NCBI RefSeq assembly: GCF_009914755.1
Contig: NC_060926.1
DNA length: 64,000 nucleotides
From: the human T2T-CHM13v2.0 reference genome, Homo sapiens
Strand: one strand, 5' to 3'
Made by a program: the position numbers and the translations under genes. Below, piece after piece: positions 63,714 through 64,000 of this stretch. The notes beneath the pieces were generated by a model. The model ran no database searches. It saw only the letters and a list, made by a program, of their open reading frames with translations, and had not been told where the DNA came from. Every line of letters starts with the position of its first letter. Within the stretch, counting starts at the first letter, position 1.

Positions 63714-64000
63714 AGAGAGGGATCATGGTGGATGGGAGACAGAACTAGATTGCAGCTCCAACTCAGGTGGACAGAGCAGTGTGTGAAGGCTTGCATAGTG
63801 AATTTTTGCTTCAGAATGACTGCAGGAATAAATCAGGAAATGTGAGAGGAACTACAGACCCTCTGAGGGAAGCAAATTGCTCTTTCAGGGCCTGGGAGAC
63901 ACCCCAAATACTGTGAGTGCCCAAACTGTGGAAACGGGAAAGGGAGGTCATCTGTCCCTGACACACATCCCTACTGGGGAGACCGAAGGTCTAGATTATG
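63714..64000 (+). mobile_element. L1PB (L1PBa-type) 5' UTR start, runs off the window
   Basis: gggatcatggtggatgggagacagaactagattgcagctcc...ggacagagcagtgtgtg...gactgcaggaataaatcagg. Confidence 0.8.

Overview
Primate, most likely human/great-ape, genomic DNA: SVA, Alu, L1PA and THE1 elements are present. It is AT-rich and dominated by interspersed repeats, and I see no supportable protein-coding exon. Nearly all ORFs in the track are decayed L1 ORF1/ORF2, Alu, LTR, SVA-VNTR or microsatellite translations. Main structures: (1) a full-length L1PA4/5-like element (13177-22130, 16-bp TSD) interrupted in ORF1 by an antisense SVA_A-like element carrying a ~735-bp 3' transduction and leaving a target-site deletion; (2) a complete THE1 MaLR element and several solo LTRs (MER49/MER50/MER66/MER52-like); (3) a MER85 piggyBac MITE; (4) a twin-primed L1; (5) three locally templated insertions inside old L1s; (6) a degenerate array of ~250-350-bp units at ~57.6-59.8 kb that is not a recognisable TE, with minus-strand Pumilio response elements. 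This array looks like an ancient retrocopy of the lncRNA NORAD, possibly extending to ~56.46 kb. Subfamily names come from recalled consensus sequences and need RepeatMasker/Dfam confirmation.
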